A DNA stretch of 33,919 bases from Coleofasciculus sp. B1-GNL1-01 (GTDB lineage: Bacteria; Cyanobacteriota; Cyanobacteriia; Cyanobacteriales; Coleofasciculaceae), in assembly GCA_040220235.1 (NCBI GenBank), contig JAVJTO010000018.1; one strand, given 5' to 3'. Positions 18,764-28,782 of the stretch are shown here, piece after piece; position 1 is the stretch's first letter; the number at the start of each line of letters is the position of its first letter. The translations under genes and the position numbers were made by a program. The notes beneath the pieces are model-generated. The model did not search any database, was not told the origin of the DNA, and was given only the letters and a program-made list of their open reading frames with translations.

Positions 18764-20440
18764 TTACCCTTTCCACCAACGCTCCTCTTGCACGAGTGTA
18801 TGCATTTGCCAATCCGGATCAGGTTGAGGATAATCTAAGCGGTAATGTCCGCCACGACTTTCTGTCCGAAACAAAGCGCTTTTTAAAATTAAGTAAGCTA
18901 TATCTAATAAGTTAGATGTTTCTCCCCACGTTCGCACCAGGTAATCAGCATTTGGAACATCAAGTTGAACTGTCTTCTGTGGCGTTAAATTCTGTAACTG
19001 TTGGCTTAAAGGCAACACCGCCAATTCAGACTGCCAGACTTCCACCTGCGCGATCGCACGTTCTAGCGTTTGTGCAGATCGACAAATCCCAGCACTTTGC
19101 CAGACTAAACGTTTTAACTGATCTTGCATCGCCAGCATTTTATCCGTTTTCGTGGCTTCATCGGATAAGGTTAAGGGAGAAATAGAAGCTGATTCCTGAT
19201 TCAAGACCGATTGATCGGGTGTTAATTCCTCCAACTGAGCGCCAAATACAATACATTCCAATAGCGAATTACTGGCTAGGCGATTCGCACCATGAACACC
19301 CGTACTCGCCGTTTCACCCACAGCATATAAATTAGGAATAGAGGTACATGTCATTAAATCCGTAGCAATTCCTCCCATCCAATAATGGGCGGCGGGGGCG
19401 ACAGGAATCATATCCTGAAATACATCAACCCCCCATTGCTGACAAACTTGAATAATATTCGGAAATCGGTGGCGAATCCGATCATCGGGAATGGGGCGCA
19501 AATCTAAATAGACATGACTGGTGGCTGGATCAGATTTAGTTTTCTGTAAATGACTAAAAATCGCTCGACTCACCACATCTCTGGGCGCAAGTTCGCCATC
19601 AGGATGATACTCAAAGGCAAAACGGTGTCCCTGATCATCCACTAGATGCGCCCCTTCTCCCCGCACCGCTTCGCTGATCAGAAAATGAGGCGCTCCCGGT
19701 TTGGTTAAAGCTGTGGGATGAAATTGGACAAATTCCAAGTCTCTGAGAATCGCCCCCGCCCGCCATGCGATCGCGACTCCATCTCCGGTACTGACATCGG
19801 GATTTGTCGTCTGGGCAAAGACTTGACCGCCGCCTCCTGTCGCCAGGACAACCGCCCCCGCCCGTATCCAACTAATTTGACCTTGATACATGAGTTGGAC
19901 ACCCTGACAATGACCCGTGTCAGGATTCAGCCAGACAGATAAAGCAAACGCCTGCTGAAGCACCGTAATATTAGCTTGGCGCAAGACTAAGGCAGTCAGC
20001 GTACTAACGACAGCCCGCCCCGTGGTATCCGCCGCATGGAGAACCCGGGGACGAGAATGAGCCGCCTCTAAGGTTAAGGCTAACTGCTCCCCCCGTCGAT
20101 CAAACGTCACCCCCATCTCCACTAACGAGCGAATGCGATCGGGCGCTTGTTGAGCCAGAAACTCCACAGCATCAGCGTCACAAAGCCCCGCCCCTGCCCG
20201 AAGTGTATCCTCAACATGCAACGTCGGCGAGTCTCCTGGAGCAATAGCCGCCGCAATACCGCCCTGCGCCCAGTCACTGGCACCGATGGATAGAGTATCT
20301 TTGGTTATCAGTGCAACATTTAAGCGATCGGGTAGACATAGGGCGGCATAAAGTCCAGCCGCGCCAGCACCTACAACGACGACATCAAACTGGGTTGGTT
20401 GATGGAGTGGCGATTGAGAATTGTCAGGAACAGAAATCAT
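18764..20440 (-). CDS. nadB: L-aspartate oxidase
   Basis: GAGAAGL, SDWAQGGIAA, EAAHSRPRVLH, QFHPT, SEAVRGEG, HYWMGG, GVHGANRLASNSLLE, ESRGGH. Confidence 0.96.
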   Translation of the reverse strand: MISVPDNSQSPLHQPTQFDVVVVGAGAAGLYAALCLPDRLNVALITKDTLSIGASDWAQGGIAAAIAPGDSPTLHVEDTLRAGAGLCDADAVEFLAQQAPDRIRSLVEMGVTFDRRGEQLALTLEAAHSRPRVLHAADTTGRAVVSTLTALVLRQANITVLQQAFALSVWLNPDTGHCQGVQLMYQGQISWIRAGAVVLATGGGGQVFAQTTNPDVSTGDGVAIAWRAGAILRDLEFVQFHPTALTKPGAPHFLISEAVRGEGAHLVDDQGHRFAFEYHPDGELAPRDVVSRAIFSHLQKTKSDPATSHVYLDLRPIPDDRIRHRFPNIIQVCQQWGVDVFQDMIPVAPAAHYWMGGIATDLMTCTSIPNLYAVGETASTGVHGANRLASNSLLECIVFGAQLEELTPDQSVLNQESASISPLTLSDEATKTDKMLAMQDQLKRLVWQSAGICRSAQTLERAIAQVEVWQSELAVLPLSQQLQNLTPQKTVQLDVPNADYLVRTWGETSNLLDIAYLILKSALFRTESRGGHYRLDYPQPDPDWQMHTLVQEERWWKG

Positions 20441-20449
20441 TTAATTATT

Positions 20450-20486
20450 AGGGAACAGGGAACAGGGAACAGGGAACGGGGAACAG
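20450..20486 (+). repeat. STRR-type heptamer tandem repeats (GGGAACA)n; related runs near 120-137, 217-246, 2341-2357, 18738-18752, 28544-28570
   Basis: Direct reading of 7-bp tandem units. Confidence 0.88.
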
Positions 20487-20646
20487 GTGATACCCAATCC
20501 GCTTTTGATACCCCATTTATAGCTTGGGTACTTTTTCCTTGGAGGCTTCTGTCTTCCACCATCTGTCTTCTACCTTGCTTGTGTAAAAAATAACCCACCC
20601 CCCAACAGGAGTGGGTTGAACTAGGAATTTCCGGAATTATCCGAGA

Positions 20647-21102
20647 TTAGTAGACGCCGGGATTAAAGCGGTCATCACCTTCGTTGTAAACGTCCGCTGT
20701 CTCAGTCACCGTGAAGTTATCTAGGTTATCTTTCAGGATCTGTTTTTGCCGATCAGTCAATCCGGGAATATCCAGCACTTCCTCTACATCGTCGTAGGGA
20801 GCATTCTGAATGATCAATGACGCTAACGTCGGGAACATCCCCCGATACTTGCGAAACGCTCGGATATGAGTATTGTTCAAATCCAGCTTTTGACCATACT
20901 CTGTTTCCAGCTTGGCATCGGCTGGATTGCGTAGCTCCGTTTCAGCAAGTAACATCGGTGCCCCATTCTGGAGCGCGTTACTCAAGGACACGCCTGGAGT
21001 CCAGGACATTGGTGCTGCGATCGCGCTTTGGGAGAAACCCAACCATCCTAAGCAGCTCACTAACAGTCCCCATACCACTAAAACACGAACCAATCGTTTC
21101 AT
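20647..21102 (-). CDS. psbU: Photosystem II 12 kDa extrinsic protein PsbU
   Basis: Signal peptide; [37 protein letters not shown]. Confidence 0.96.
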   Translation of the reverse strand: MKRLVRVLVVWGLLVSCLGWLGFSQSAIAAPMSWTPGVSLSNALQNGAPMLLAETELRNPADAKLETEYGQKLDLNNTHIRAFRKYRGMFPTLASLIIQNAPYDDVEEVLDIPGLTDRQKQILKDNLDNFTVTETADVYNEGDDRFNPGVY

Positions 21103-21338
21103 TAACTCTCCTCCTTACTCAGACACATTGAAGACCAAGAGAGAACTGCCCCTCTTCGATTACCTTAACTTTTGTTTTCTATCCTCTCATCTTATCTATC
21201 CCTACCTCAAGAGTTTAGGCGCTTATCCGCCCAGAATTATGAAAAATGCTAAATAGTTCTAAAAGTCTACCGGAAAACCGGGGTTTTGTGGGAAGATTAA
21301 AAATTGTCTCTGTTGACGAAAGAATCAGGAAATTAGCT

Positions 21339-21977
21339 ATGGCTCTGCGATTAGGCGATACTGTCCCCAACTTCACGCAATCCTCTAGTGAAGGCGAGAT
21401 CAACTTCTATGACTGGGCAGGGGATAGCTGGGTCGTGTTATTCTCCCACCCGGCTGACTATACACCCGTTTGCACTACAGAGTTAGGCGAGGTTGCCAAG
21501 CTCAAACCCGAATTTGACAAGCGCAATGCTAAAGTCATCGCCCTGAGTGTTGACGATGCCGAGTCTCATCAGGGTTGGATTCAGGACATTAACGAAACCC
21601 AGAATACGACCGTCAACTACCCAGTTTTGGCAGATGCGGATAAAAAGGTGTCTGATCTGTATGACATGATTCATCCCAACGCCAATGCGAGTGTGACGGT
21701 ACGTACCGTCTTCGTCATTGATCCCCAGAAAAAACTGCGCCTGACCATCACCTATCCTCCCAGCACTGGTCGCAACTTTGATGAAATCTTGCGAGTGATT
21801 GACTCCCTACAGCTTACGGATCACCATCAGGTTGCCACTCCCGTGAATTGGAAAGAAGGAGATGACTGTGTAATTGTCCCCTCTCTGAAAGACCCAGACG
21901 TCTTAAAAGAAAAATTCCCCAAAGGTTACACCGAAGTCAAGCCTTACCTGCGGATGACCCCTCAACCCAACAAGTAG
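21339..21977 (+). CDS. 1-Cys peroxiredoxin (Prx6)
   Basis: MALRLGDTVPNF, FSHPADYTPVCTTE, GRNFDEILR; start at ATG 21339 after AGGA. Confidence 0.95.
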   Translation: MALRLGDTVPNFTQSSSEGEINFYDWAGDSWVVLFSHPADYTPVCTTELGEVAKLKPEFDKRNAKVIALSVDDAESHQGWIQDINETQNTTVNYPVLADADKKVSDLYDMIHPNANASVTVRTVFVIDPQKKLRLTITYPPSTGRNFDEILRVIDSLQLTDHHQVATPVNWKEGDDCVIVPSLKDPDVLKEKFPKGYTEVKPYLRMTPQPNK

Positions 21978-22176
21978 AGACGTGCCATGGCACGTCTGAG
22001 AGATGGGGGAGAAATGTTCCAGACGTGATGACAGAAGCGTCTGGAAACAGGGCTGTAGGGGCGGGTTTTACCGATAACATTTTGGCACAAACTCATAACT
22101 TGACTAAACCCGCCCTTCTGGTGGGAACAGGGGAGGTACAGAAAAAGGAAAATAAAGCAGCAACCTTGTAAAGCAA

Positions 22177-23154
22177 ATGGATATTAAAGACGGCTTTGTC
22201 GGCACAGTAGGGAATACCCCTCTAATTCGATTAAATAGCTTCAGCGAAGAAACAGGCTGTGAAATCCTGGGAAAAGCTGAGTTTCTTAATCCTGGCGGTT
22301 CTGTCAAAGACCGCGCCGCCCTCTATATTATTCAAGATGCTGAAGACAAAGGTTTACTTAAGCCTGGTGGTACAGTTGTTGAGGGAACGGCTGGTAACAC
22401 GGGTATTGGTCTAGCGCATATTTGCAACGCTAAGGGATATAAGTGCCTAATTATCATTCCCGAAACTCAATCCCAAGAGAAAATGGATGCATTAAGGACG
22501 CTGGGTGCCGAAGTGCGTCCGGTTCCGGCTGTACCGTATAAAGACCCAAATAATTACGTCAAACTATCGGGGCGAACTGCCGAAGAGATGGAGAATGCAA
22601 TTTGGGCAAATCAGTTTGATAATTTAGCCAATCGACAGGCACATTATGAAACCACGGGACCCGAAATTTGGCAACAAACCGACGGTAAAGTGGATGCTTG
22701 GGTGGCGGCGACAGGGACAGGGGGAACATTCGCTGGGGTTTCCATGTTCCTAAAAGAAAAGAATCCCCAGGTTAAATCCATTGTGGCTGACCCGATGGGG
22801 AGTGGGTTGTACAGTTACGTGAAGACGGGCGAAATTAACACAGAGGGGAATTCTATTACTGAAGGGATTGGTAACAGCCGAATTACCGCCAATATGCAAG
22901 GGGTTCCCATTGACGATGCGATTCAAATTGATGACAAAGAAGCCGTGCGGGTGATTTACCAACTGTTGGAAAAAGATGGTTTATTCATGGGCGGTTCTGT
23001 GGGAATTAATGTCGGTGCAGCCGTCGCCTTAGCCAAAGAAATGGGACCCGGACATACGATTGTGACGGTGCTTTGTGATAGCGGTTCCCGTTATCAATCG
23101 CGGCTTTATAATCGGGAGTGGTTGGCGCAAAAGGGGCTGTTACCGGAACGTTAG
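22177..23154 (+). CDS. cysK: Cysteine synthase (PLP-dependent O-acetylserine thiol-lyase family)
   Basis: VGNTPL, KAEFLNPGGSVKDR, EGTAGNTGIG, GTGGT, EGIG, LCDSGSRY. Confidence 0.88.
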   Translation: MDIKDGFVGTVGNTPLIRLNSFSEETGCEILGKAEFLNPGGSVKDRAALYIIQDAEDKGLLKPGGTVVEGTAGNTGIGLAHICNAKGYKCLIIIPETQSQEKMDALRTLGAEVRPVPAVPYKDPNNYVKLSGRTAEEMENAIWANQFDNLANRQAHYETTGPEIWQQTDGKVDAWVAATGTGGTFAGVSMFLKEKNPQVKSIVADPMGSGLYSYVKTGEINTEGNSITEGIGNSRITANMQGVPIDDAIQIDDKEAVRVIYQLLEKDGLFMGGSVGINVGAAVALAKEMGPGHTIVTVLCDSGSRYQSRLYNREWLAQKGLLPER

Positions 23155-23239
23155 ATCTGTAGACGCGCCATGGCGCGTCTCTACAATACATATTTTTTTG
23201 AATTTGTCAACCTCTAGACAGGAGTTGATCTGTAAGCAA

Positions 23240-23557
23240 TCATTTTGTCCCTTGGGTGAAGCGTTGCACCGTCAATTGGATGGCTAAAGCCACCAAGCCA
23301 ACAGCCACGAGACTAAAGACAGCCGTGGCGAGGGTACTGATACCAACGACTAAAGTACGAACCGCGATCGCAATATTAATCGCTGTCACATTCCCAGAGG
23401 GTAGAGGCTTATTCGCCAAGGATTGTGCAATAGCGGTTGTCAGCCAGTATCCTGCGATCGCCAGAGAACCCGATATCAAGGCTGAAATCAAGCAGCGCAA
23501 GGGAGTCGGCGGCGTTTGTTCGGTAGTCGTGGGTTGATTATCGGGATTAGTGGTCAT
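23240..23557 (-). CDS. DUF3082 family membrane protein
   Basis: TPLRCL..ALISG, IAIAVRTLVVG, two TM helices. Confidence 0.8.
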   Translation of the reverse strand: MTTNPDNQPTTTEQTPPTPLRCLISALISGSLAIAGYWLTTAIAQSLANKPLPSGNVTAINIAIAVRTLVVGISTLATAVFSLVAVGLVALAIQLTVQRFTQGTK

Positions 23558-24094
23558 AAATCTGATGTCTAGGGTTTCATCCTTTATTTATTATGAGTGA
23601 TTTGGCGGATAAGCTGTTCGGCATTTACAGCGCTTTTCATGTTTATGGAATACAAAATTGTATCTGCTTGCTTTTCAGCGCAATCATCGCCTGTAGTCTA
23701 CTAACTTGAAAACTGCTGTAAACCTTAATGTCAATAATGGCTCTCATCCTTGCCGTAGTGCGAGCATCTTGCTCGCTACTAATACCCAATTTAAATGCAT
23801 GACAACTTATCACATTACCGTGTAGAGACGTAGCATGCTACGTCTCTACTTTGTCATAAATATCTGCCAGGGTTATTTGGAATGAGAAAGAGTTGAGAGA
23901 AACGATTTCATCAGCATCATCATACTCATAAAATGTCCAGCGCTTTCGTTCAGTTTTGACGTTTAATTAGGTCTACTTGCTTACATCCAGAGCCTGCGAT
24001 ATCAATTGACCAAAAAACATTTTAATAACGGCTCCTCCAAGTACTTGTATTGGCTTCATCGGTTTCAATTGTCTTTAGCAACTAATCGCCAGCT

Positions 24095-24328
24095 TTAACT
24101 GGCTATAGAAAAAGCTGACTCAGCCGCTTTTGGTAACTGGATCGGCACAAAATAACTACTGGGATACAGATAATCTTCCCCTGATTCGTCAATCACTCGA
24201 ATCATTTGATGTTGGGTCGCATCAGCATCAGGAATAACCTGATAAATTTTACGGACTTCTAGTGAAGCTGGGTAATCTTGATTGCTAATGCAAACAACAA
24301 ATTGATTTTCTTTGTTAGCAAACTGCAT
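24095..24328 (-). CDS. Small hypothetical protein (second gene of the pair)
   Basis: 77 aa, FVVCISNQDYPASLEVRKIY..IRVIDESGEDYLYP; 2 bp after the upstream stop. Confidence 0.75.
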   Translation of the reverse strand: MQFANKENQFVVCISNQDYPASLEVRKIYQVIPDADATQHQMIRVIDESGEDYLYPSSYFVPIQLPKAAESAFSIAS

Positions 24329-24330
24329 AA

Positions 24331-24567
24331 CTACTCCGATAAGATGAATTTAATTTTTATTTCTTTTTTGCCGATGCCGTGCGCTTCATACCAGTGTAAT
24401 TCAGCTTCACAAATAGTTCCGTTATCTAACCGGATAGTTCCAGTACCTTTAAGTTTTCTCCATCGTCCAGAACCATAGGTTTTACGCAAGCGTTCGACTT
24501 CTCGAATAGAACTACCCACCGCTATAGTTTCTATATTAATGATGTTGCCGATAATCTCAAAATTCAA
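24331..24567 (-). CDS. Small basic hypothetical protein (first gene of the pair)
   Basis: 78 aa, IETIAVG..RLRKTYG.GRWRKLKG..ELHWYEAHGIG. Confidence 0.75.
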   Translation of the reverse strand: MNFEIIGNIINIETIAVGSSIREVERLRKTYGSGRWRKLKGTGTIRLDNGTICEAELHWYEAHGIGKKEIKIKFILSE

Positions 24568-24906
24568 GTAAGTTTCACCCCTAATGCTTCAAGTTGTTGG
24601 TTTATCCAGGCGGTTGCGGTGGCTTCATCGGTTTCAATTGCTCGTTCTACTCCTGTTTTAGCAATTTCTAGCAGTTGCTTTGATTGTTCGCGCTTCTGAT
24701 GAGATTCTTCCACCTTTGCTCTGATTTTTTGCTGTATAGATTTAGGGGCATCCCAGATTAAAAAATTGGCAATATCGTTAGGGTACACTCGAATAATTTC
24801 TGACGTTCCTTGCAAACGCTTTTGAACTTGTAATTGTCCGGCAATGCTGTTGATGTAAATTGACAAATACACGGGATCAAGTAAGTTGGTTCTTAAAACT
24901 GTAACT
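24564..24906 (-). pseudogene. 3' fragment of a type I restriction-modification specificity subunit (HsdS-like)
   Basis: LDPVYLSIYINSIAGQLQ..P..IQQKI..KVEESHQKREQSKQLLEIAK..VERAIE; 5' end cut at the MITE at 24907. Confidence 0.72.
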
Positions 24907-25097
24907 GGGTCTTCCGTAGTTAGTGTGCTAAATTGTTAGTTTGATTTGCCCGAATATTGGACAACAATAGCTTTAACTATTTTTACTTTTACCCGGATTT
25001 CAAGTCGTTTTGAGGCGGCTACAAGCTACAGTCCTTGTGTGGCAAGCTTTATGGTTAATCAAAACTGATAGTTTAGCACACTAAGTCCGGAAGACCC
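24907..25097. mobile_element. 191-bp MITE with ISL3-like TIRs
   Basis: GGGTCTTCCG(TAG/GAC)TTAGTGTGCTAAA inverted at both ends, ~40-bp imperfect TIR; no TSD. Confidence 0.85.
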
Positions 25098-25213
25098 GAA
25101 ATTCCGAAAACTTGGAGTTCTCAAAATGCAGTGCTGAACCAGTATATAATCTAGCGGCACTGTCCAAATGGCTTGATTACGTTTTCTTAATCCTATCCCA
25201 CAACAGCGATCGC

Positions 25214-25468
25214 CTATCGCTTTTTAGCTGCTTTCGGCTGTAAGCCGAGTTGCTGGCGCACGGCTTGTAAGGATTTCCCTCTCTTTACCTTCGGAGGAAC
25301 CTTTTGATCCGGCAGATTTAAAACACAGAGAACTTGCTTTTGTCAAGCCCCTTGGAGAAGATTTAGTTCTTCTTGAAGGTCTATTTTAACTCTCTCCTCA
25401 ACGTTGTACAGAACACGAGAGTTGGGAAAGTCGTCAAGAAATGGGACAAAATTAGGCGAAAATAGACC
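25214..25468 (-). pseudogene. Probable C-terminal gene remnant of unknown family
   Basis: Reads ..VLYNVEERVKIDLQEELNLLQGA*QKQVLCVLNLPDQKVPPKVKRGKSLQAVRQQLGLQPKAAKKR* with one internal TGA and no start. Confidence 0.4.
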
Positions 25469-25496
25469 CTAATCAAAATCTCAAATCTCAAATCGA

Positions 25497-26636
25497 ATGA
25501 CGCGAAAGCCTCACGACCAATTTGCCAAACAATACCTAGAAGAATTATTAGCACCTCTGGGAAGCGTGGAAACCAGCCGCGAAATATCGCCAGAAATCCG
25601 CCAAGTCGATGTTTGGTTTGTGCCGACGCCATCGCCATCAACTGCACCAGAAAACTTAGGTTTACTGGGTCGAATGGCAGCAACGGCTTGTCTGTTGGAA
25701 CCTTTCCGCAATGCACCGAGTCCATCAGAGGTACTCGACTGTCAGAGTAAGTTGAATTCAGTCCGTAGCGAAATGCGGCGTAAAGCCAGACGAGAAGGAA
25801 CTTCTTTTCGAGAAGCGGATTGGCCCAATTTATGGATTCTCTCGCCCTCTTGTTCGACAAGGTTGTTGGACGGATTTGGTGCAAGACTAAATGAGTCAGA
25901 AAACTGGGGGGAAGGAGTGTATTTTCTGCCGGAGTTCCAGAAGAGTGCATTGATCGCGATTAACCAACTCCCGGTTACTGAAGATACACTTTGGTTAAGG
26001 GTTCTGGGAAAAAGGGGAACTCAGAGGCGGGCGATCGATGAGTTGGTTGCCTTACCTCAACAGAACCCATTTCGGCAGACGATTCTGGAGATTCTGGCGA
26101 ACTGGCGTATCACTGTCAACGAGAGCGAAAATTTAAGTGAACAGGATAGGGAGTTGCTTATGAACTTATCACCAGCTTATTTGAAATGGCAGGAAGAAAC
26201 CTTACAACAAGGTAAGCGGGAAGGTATACAGGAAGGCAGGCTTGAAGGTATACAAGAAGGCAGGCTTGAAGGACAACGGCAGATGGCGGAAAACTTTCTC
26301 AGAGTGCGATTTGGCGAACTTGATCCTCAATTATCGGGTGCGATCGCGCCAATGTTACAGTTACCCCCTCCAGAGTTGACTCGTCTGTTGTTTAACCTTT
26401 CTCGTGAGGAACTGTTGGTTTGGTTTGGAAATGCGCCTTGGCAAGAAGATACCTTATCCGAAGGAAGGCGAGAAATAGTAGAAAACTTCCTCCGAGTGCG
26501 ATTTGGCGAACTGGATCAGGAATTATCGAGTGCGATCGCGCCGATGTTACAGTTACCTCCTCAGGAGTTAACTTCCCTGTTGACTACCCTTTCGGGTGAG
26601 CAATTGTTAGAACGGTTTGGAGAGTCCTCTGGCTAA
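25497..26636 (+). CDS. Cyanobacterial Rpn-like / DUF4351-associated protein with duplicated C-terminal module
   Basis: HDQFAKQYLEELL, RQVDVWF, LLEPFRN, TLWLRVLGK, EGxxEG repeats, two ENFLRVRFGELD modules. Confidence 0.8.
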   Translation: MTRKPHDQFAKQYLEELLAPLGSVETSREISPEIRQVDVWFVPTPSPSTAPENLGLLGRMAATACLLEPFRNAPSPSEVLDCQSKLNSVRSEMRRKARREGTSFREADWPNLWILSPSCSTRLLDGFGARLNESENWGEGVYFLPEFQKSALIAINQLPVTEDTLWLRVLGKRGTQRRAIDELVALPQQNPFRQTILEILANWRITVNESENLSEQDRELLMNLSPAYLKWQEETLQQGKREGIQEGRLEGIQEGRLEGQRQMAENFLRVRFGELDPQLSGAIAPMLQLPPPELTRLLFNLSREELLVWFGNAPWQEDTLSEGRREIVENFLRVRFGELDQELSSAIAPMLQLPPQELTSLLTTLSGEQLLERFGESSG

Positions 26637-26732
26637 TGAATGTTAGACGACACCGGAAACGTTCTAGCCACCTAATCCCAGACGCCTTTGGCAATAAGAT
26701 AATTGGTGTAGTCGTAAAAAACAACTCTGGCG

Positions 26733-27242
26733 ATGAGATATGTTATCCGCCCCGTAGAGGTAACTGATGAACCTTTTTTGTGGGACATGCTATATCTGGC
26801 ACTCTATGTTCCACCCGACGCTACACCTTTACCACGAGAGGTGATTTATCAGCCAGAATTAGCTAAGTATGTTCAAGATTGGGGACAACCGGATGATATC
26901 GGGTTTATCGCTATGCTTAAGGACAGTCAACTGCCTGTTGGTGCGGCGTGGTTACGACTATTTAAGAGTAGCAATAAAGGGTTTGGATATGTCAACGATG
27001 AAACACCAGAACTAGCCATCGCTGTTTTGCCTGACTATCGCGGTCAAGGTATTGGCTCTCAACTCCTTACCCAGTTAGTTGAAACAGCGCAACCGTGCTA
27101 CTCTGCCGTTTCTCTAAGTGTATCCCCCGATAATCCCGCCTTGCGATTGTATCGCCGCTTTGGGTTTGAAGTTGTTGGTCAAGGGGGAAATTCGTTGACC
27201 CTAACTAAAAATTTTATTTCCCATAAAAATTATATAAAATAG
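26733..27242 (+). CDS. GNAT family N-acetyltransferase
   Basis: IAVLPDYRGQGIG, NPALRLYRRFGF. Confidence 0.92.
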   Translation: MRYVIRPVEVTDEPFLWDMLYLALYVPPDATPLPREVIYQPELAKYVQDWGQPDDIGFIAMLKDSQLPVGAAWLRLFKSSNKGFGYVNDETPELAIAVLPDYRGQGIGSQLLTQLVETAQPCYSAVSLSVSPDNPALRLYRRFGFEVVGQGGNSLTLTKNFISHKNYIK

Positions 27243-27322
27243 ACTATTAGAAGACAAAAGGCACAATCCCCAATCATTTGATGGCAGGTTTTGCGTTCTA
27301 TGGTTAATTGATACCACTCCCC

Positions 27323-27338
27323 TGTATCTAATGTTACA
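27323..27338. promoter_or_regulatory. Candidate NtcA box upstream of the NAD kinase gene
   Basis: TGTA-TCTAATGT-TACA = TGTA-N8-TACA. Confidence 0.45.
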
Positions 27339-27558
27339 TTGCTGACATCTGGGAGTCAGAGCAAGACGCCTAACAAACAGGAGGTTAGCTTTATTTCCAC
27401 CGCGCTGTACTCCTTTGGCTGCGCTACGCTGATTAAAGTTATTTCGATTCCCCGGTTCGGATAACCGGACGACAAGGATCGATAATTGAGATGGATAACC
27501 ACCAGTGCGATCGCTTTCCCATCGAGGACATCTCTCAAACGTCAGTAATGAGGTCACC

Positions 27559-28503
27559 GTGCAGCTAAAACAAGTGATTATCGCCCATAAAGCCAGAGAC
27601 TCCCAAGGTCAAGCTTGGGCGGAAAAATGCGCTCGGCAATTGGAAAAACGCGGTTGTCATGTCCTAATTGGACCGAGTAGTGCTAAGGATAATCCCTATC
27701 CTGTGTTTTTGGCATCCGTGATGCACAACATCGATCTGGCGGTGGTGCTGGGAGGGGATGGCGCCGCTTTAGCCGCCGCACGACACCTCGCCCCCGCTGG
27801 TATCCCGATTTTGGCGATCAATATTGGCGGACATCTAGGATTTCTGACCGAACCCTTTGAGGCGTTCAAAGATACCGAACGGATATGGGATCGGATTATC
27901 GAAGATCGCTATGCTGTGCAGCGACGCATGATGATTGAAGCCTTTTTGTTTGAAGGGGATTCCCGCCAGGATAACTTGGCGACAGATACCAATCTCGAAC
28001 CGATCAGCGATCGCTATTTAGCGCTGAATGAAATGTGCATCAAACCCGCTTCAGCCGATCGCATGATTACCTCGATTCTGGAAATGGAAATTGACGGGGA
28101 AGTGGTTGATCAGTATCAAGGAGATGGATTGATTGTCTCCACACCAACGGGTTCCACCTGCTATACCTTATCTGCCAACGGTCCGATTCTCCATGATGGC
28201 ATGGAAGCGATCGGGGTAACGCCAATTTGTCCCTTAAGTCTATCCAGTCGTCCCTTAGTCTTACCGGCGGGTTCCATCGTCAGCATTTGGCCCCTCGGCG
28301 ATTATGAACTCAACACCAAGCTGTGGATGGATGGGGTAATGGCAACCCCGATTTGGCCCGGACAACGGGTAGATGTGCGTAAGGCAGATTGCTATGCTAA
28401 GTTTATTGTTCTCCGCGAAAACAATTCCTACTACAAAACCTTACGGGAAAAACTCCAGTGGGCGGGGGCGAGATTTCATTATAGTAATAATCACCGACAT
28501 TGA
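27559..28503 (+). CDS. nadK: NAD(+) kinase
   Basis: VLGGDG, GHLGFL, ALNE, GDGLIVSTPTGST; GTG start at 27559 after GAGG. Confidence 0.93.
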   Translation: MQLKQVIIAHKARDSQGQAWAEKCARQLEKRGCHVLIGPSSAKDNPYPVFLASVMHNIDLAVVLGGDGAALAAARHLAPAGIPILAINIGGHLGFLTEPFEAFKDTERIWDRIIEDRYAVQRRMMIEAFLFEGDSRQDNLATDTNLEPISDRYLALNEMCIKPASADRMITSILEMEIDGEVVDQYQGDGLIVSTPTGSTCYTLSANGPILHDGMEAIGVTPICPLSLSSRPLVLPAGSIVSIWPLGDYELNTKLWMDGVMATPIWPGQRVDVRKADCYAKFIVLRENNSYYKTLREKLQWAGARFHYSNNHRH

Positions 28504-28782
28504 TTGATGTAGGGCTTGCTGAATCAGGATTGTGGTGAGGGGAGGGAATAGGGAATAGGGAACAGGGAACGGTTTTCATGACTGGAACCCCTAAATTATA
28601 CTGTGTTAGTTGTATGTAGGGGTGGGTTTTACTACTATCGTTTCCTCTTCACCCAAATGTGACTAAACATTCCTACGGTTCTCTCTTGCATTGCCGGAAT
28701 TGACTAGATTAAGGATAATAAAACTTTAACCATACCTATCAGTTCTGGGGTTAATTGTCTACCCAAAAGCTAGCGAAACATA

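Noticed and set aside
25200..25346. Possible riboswitch/ncRNA behind a minus-strand TTGACA
   Set aside because: No good -10 at 17 bp, no match to riboswitch consensus I know, and the tract reads better as a decayed coding frame
25381..25950. 189-aa minus-strand ORF and other antisense/overlapping track ORFs (e.g. 29167..29691, 20912..21256, 27201..27557, 30500..30697)
   Set aside because: Shadow frames of well-supported genes or of the CRISPR leader; no motifs
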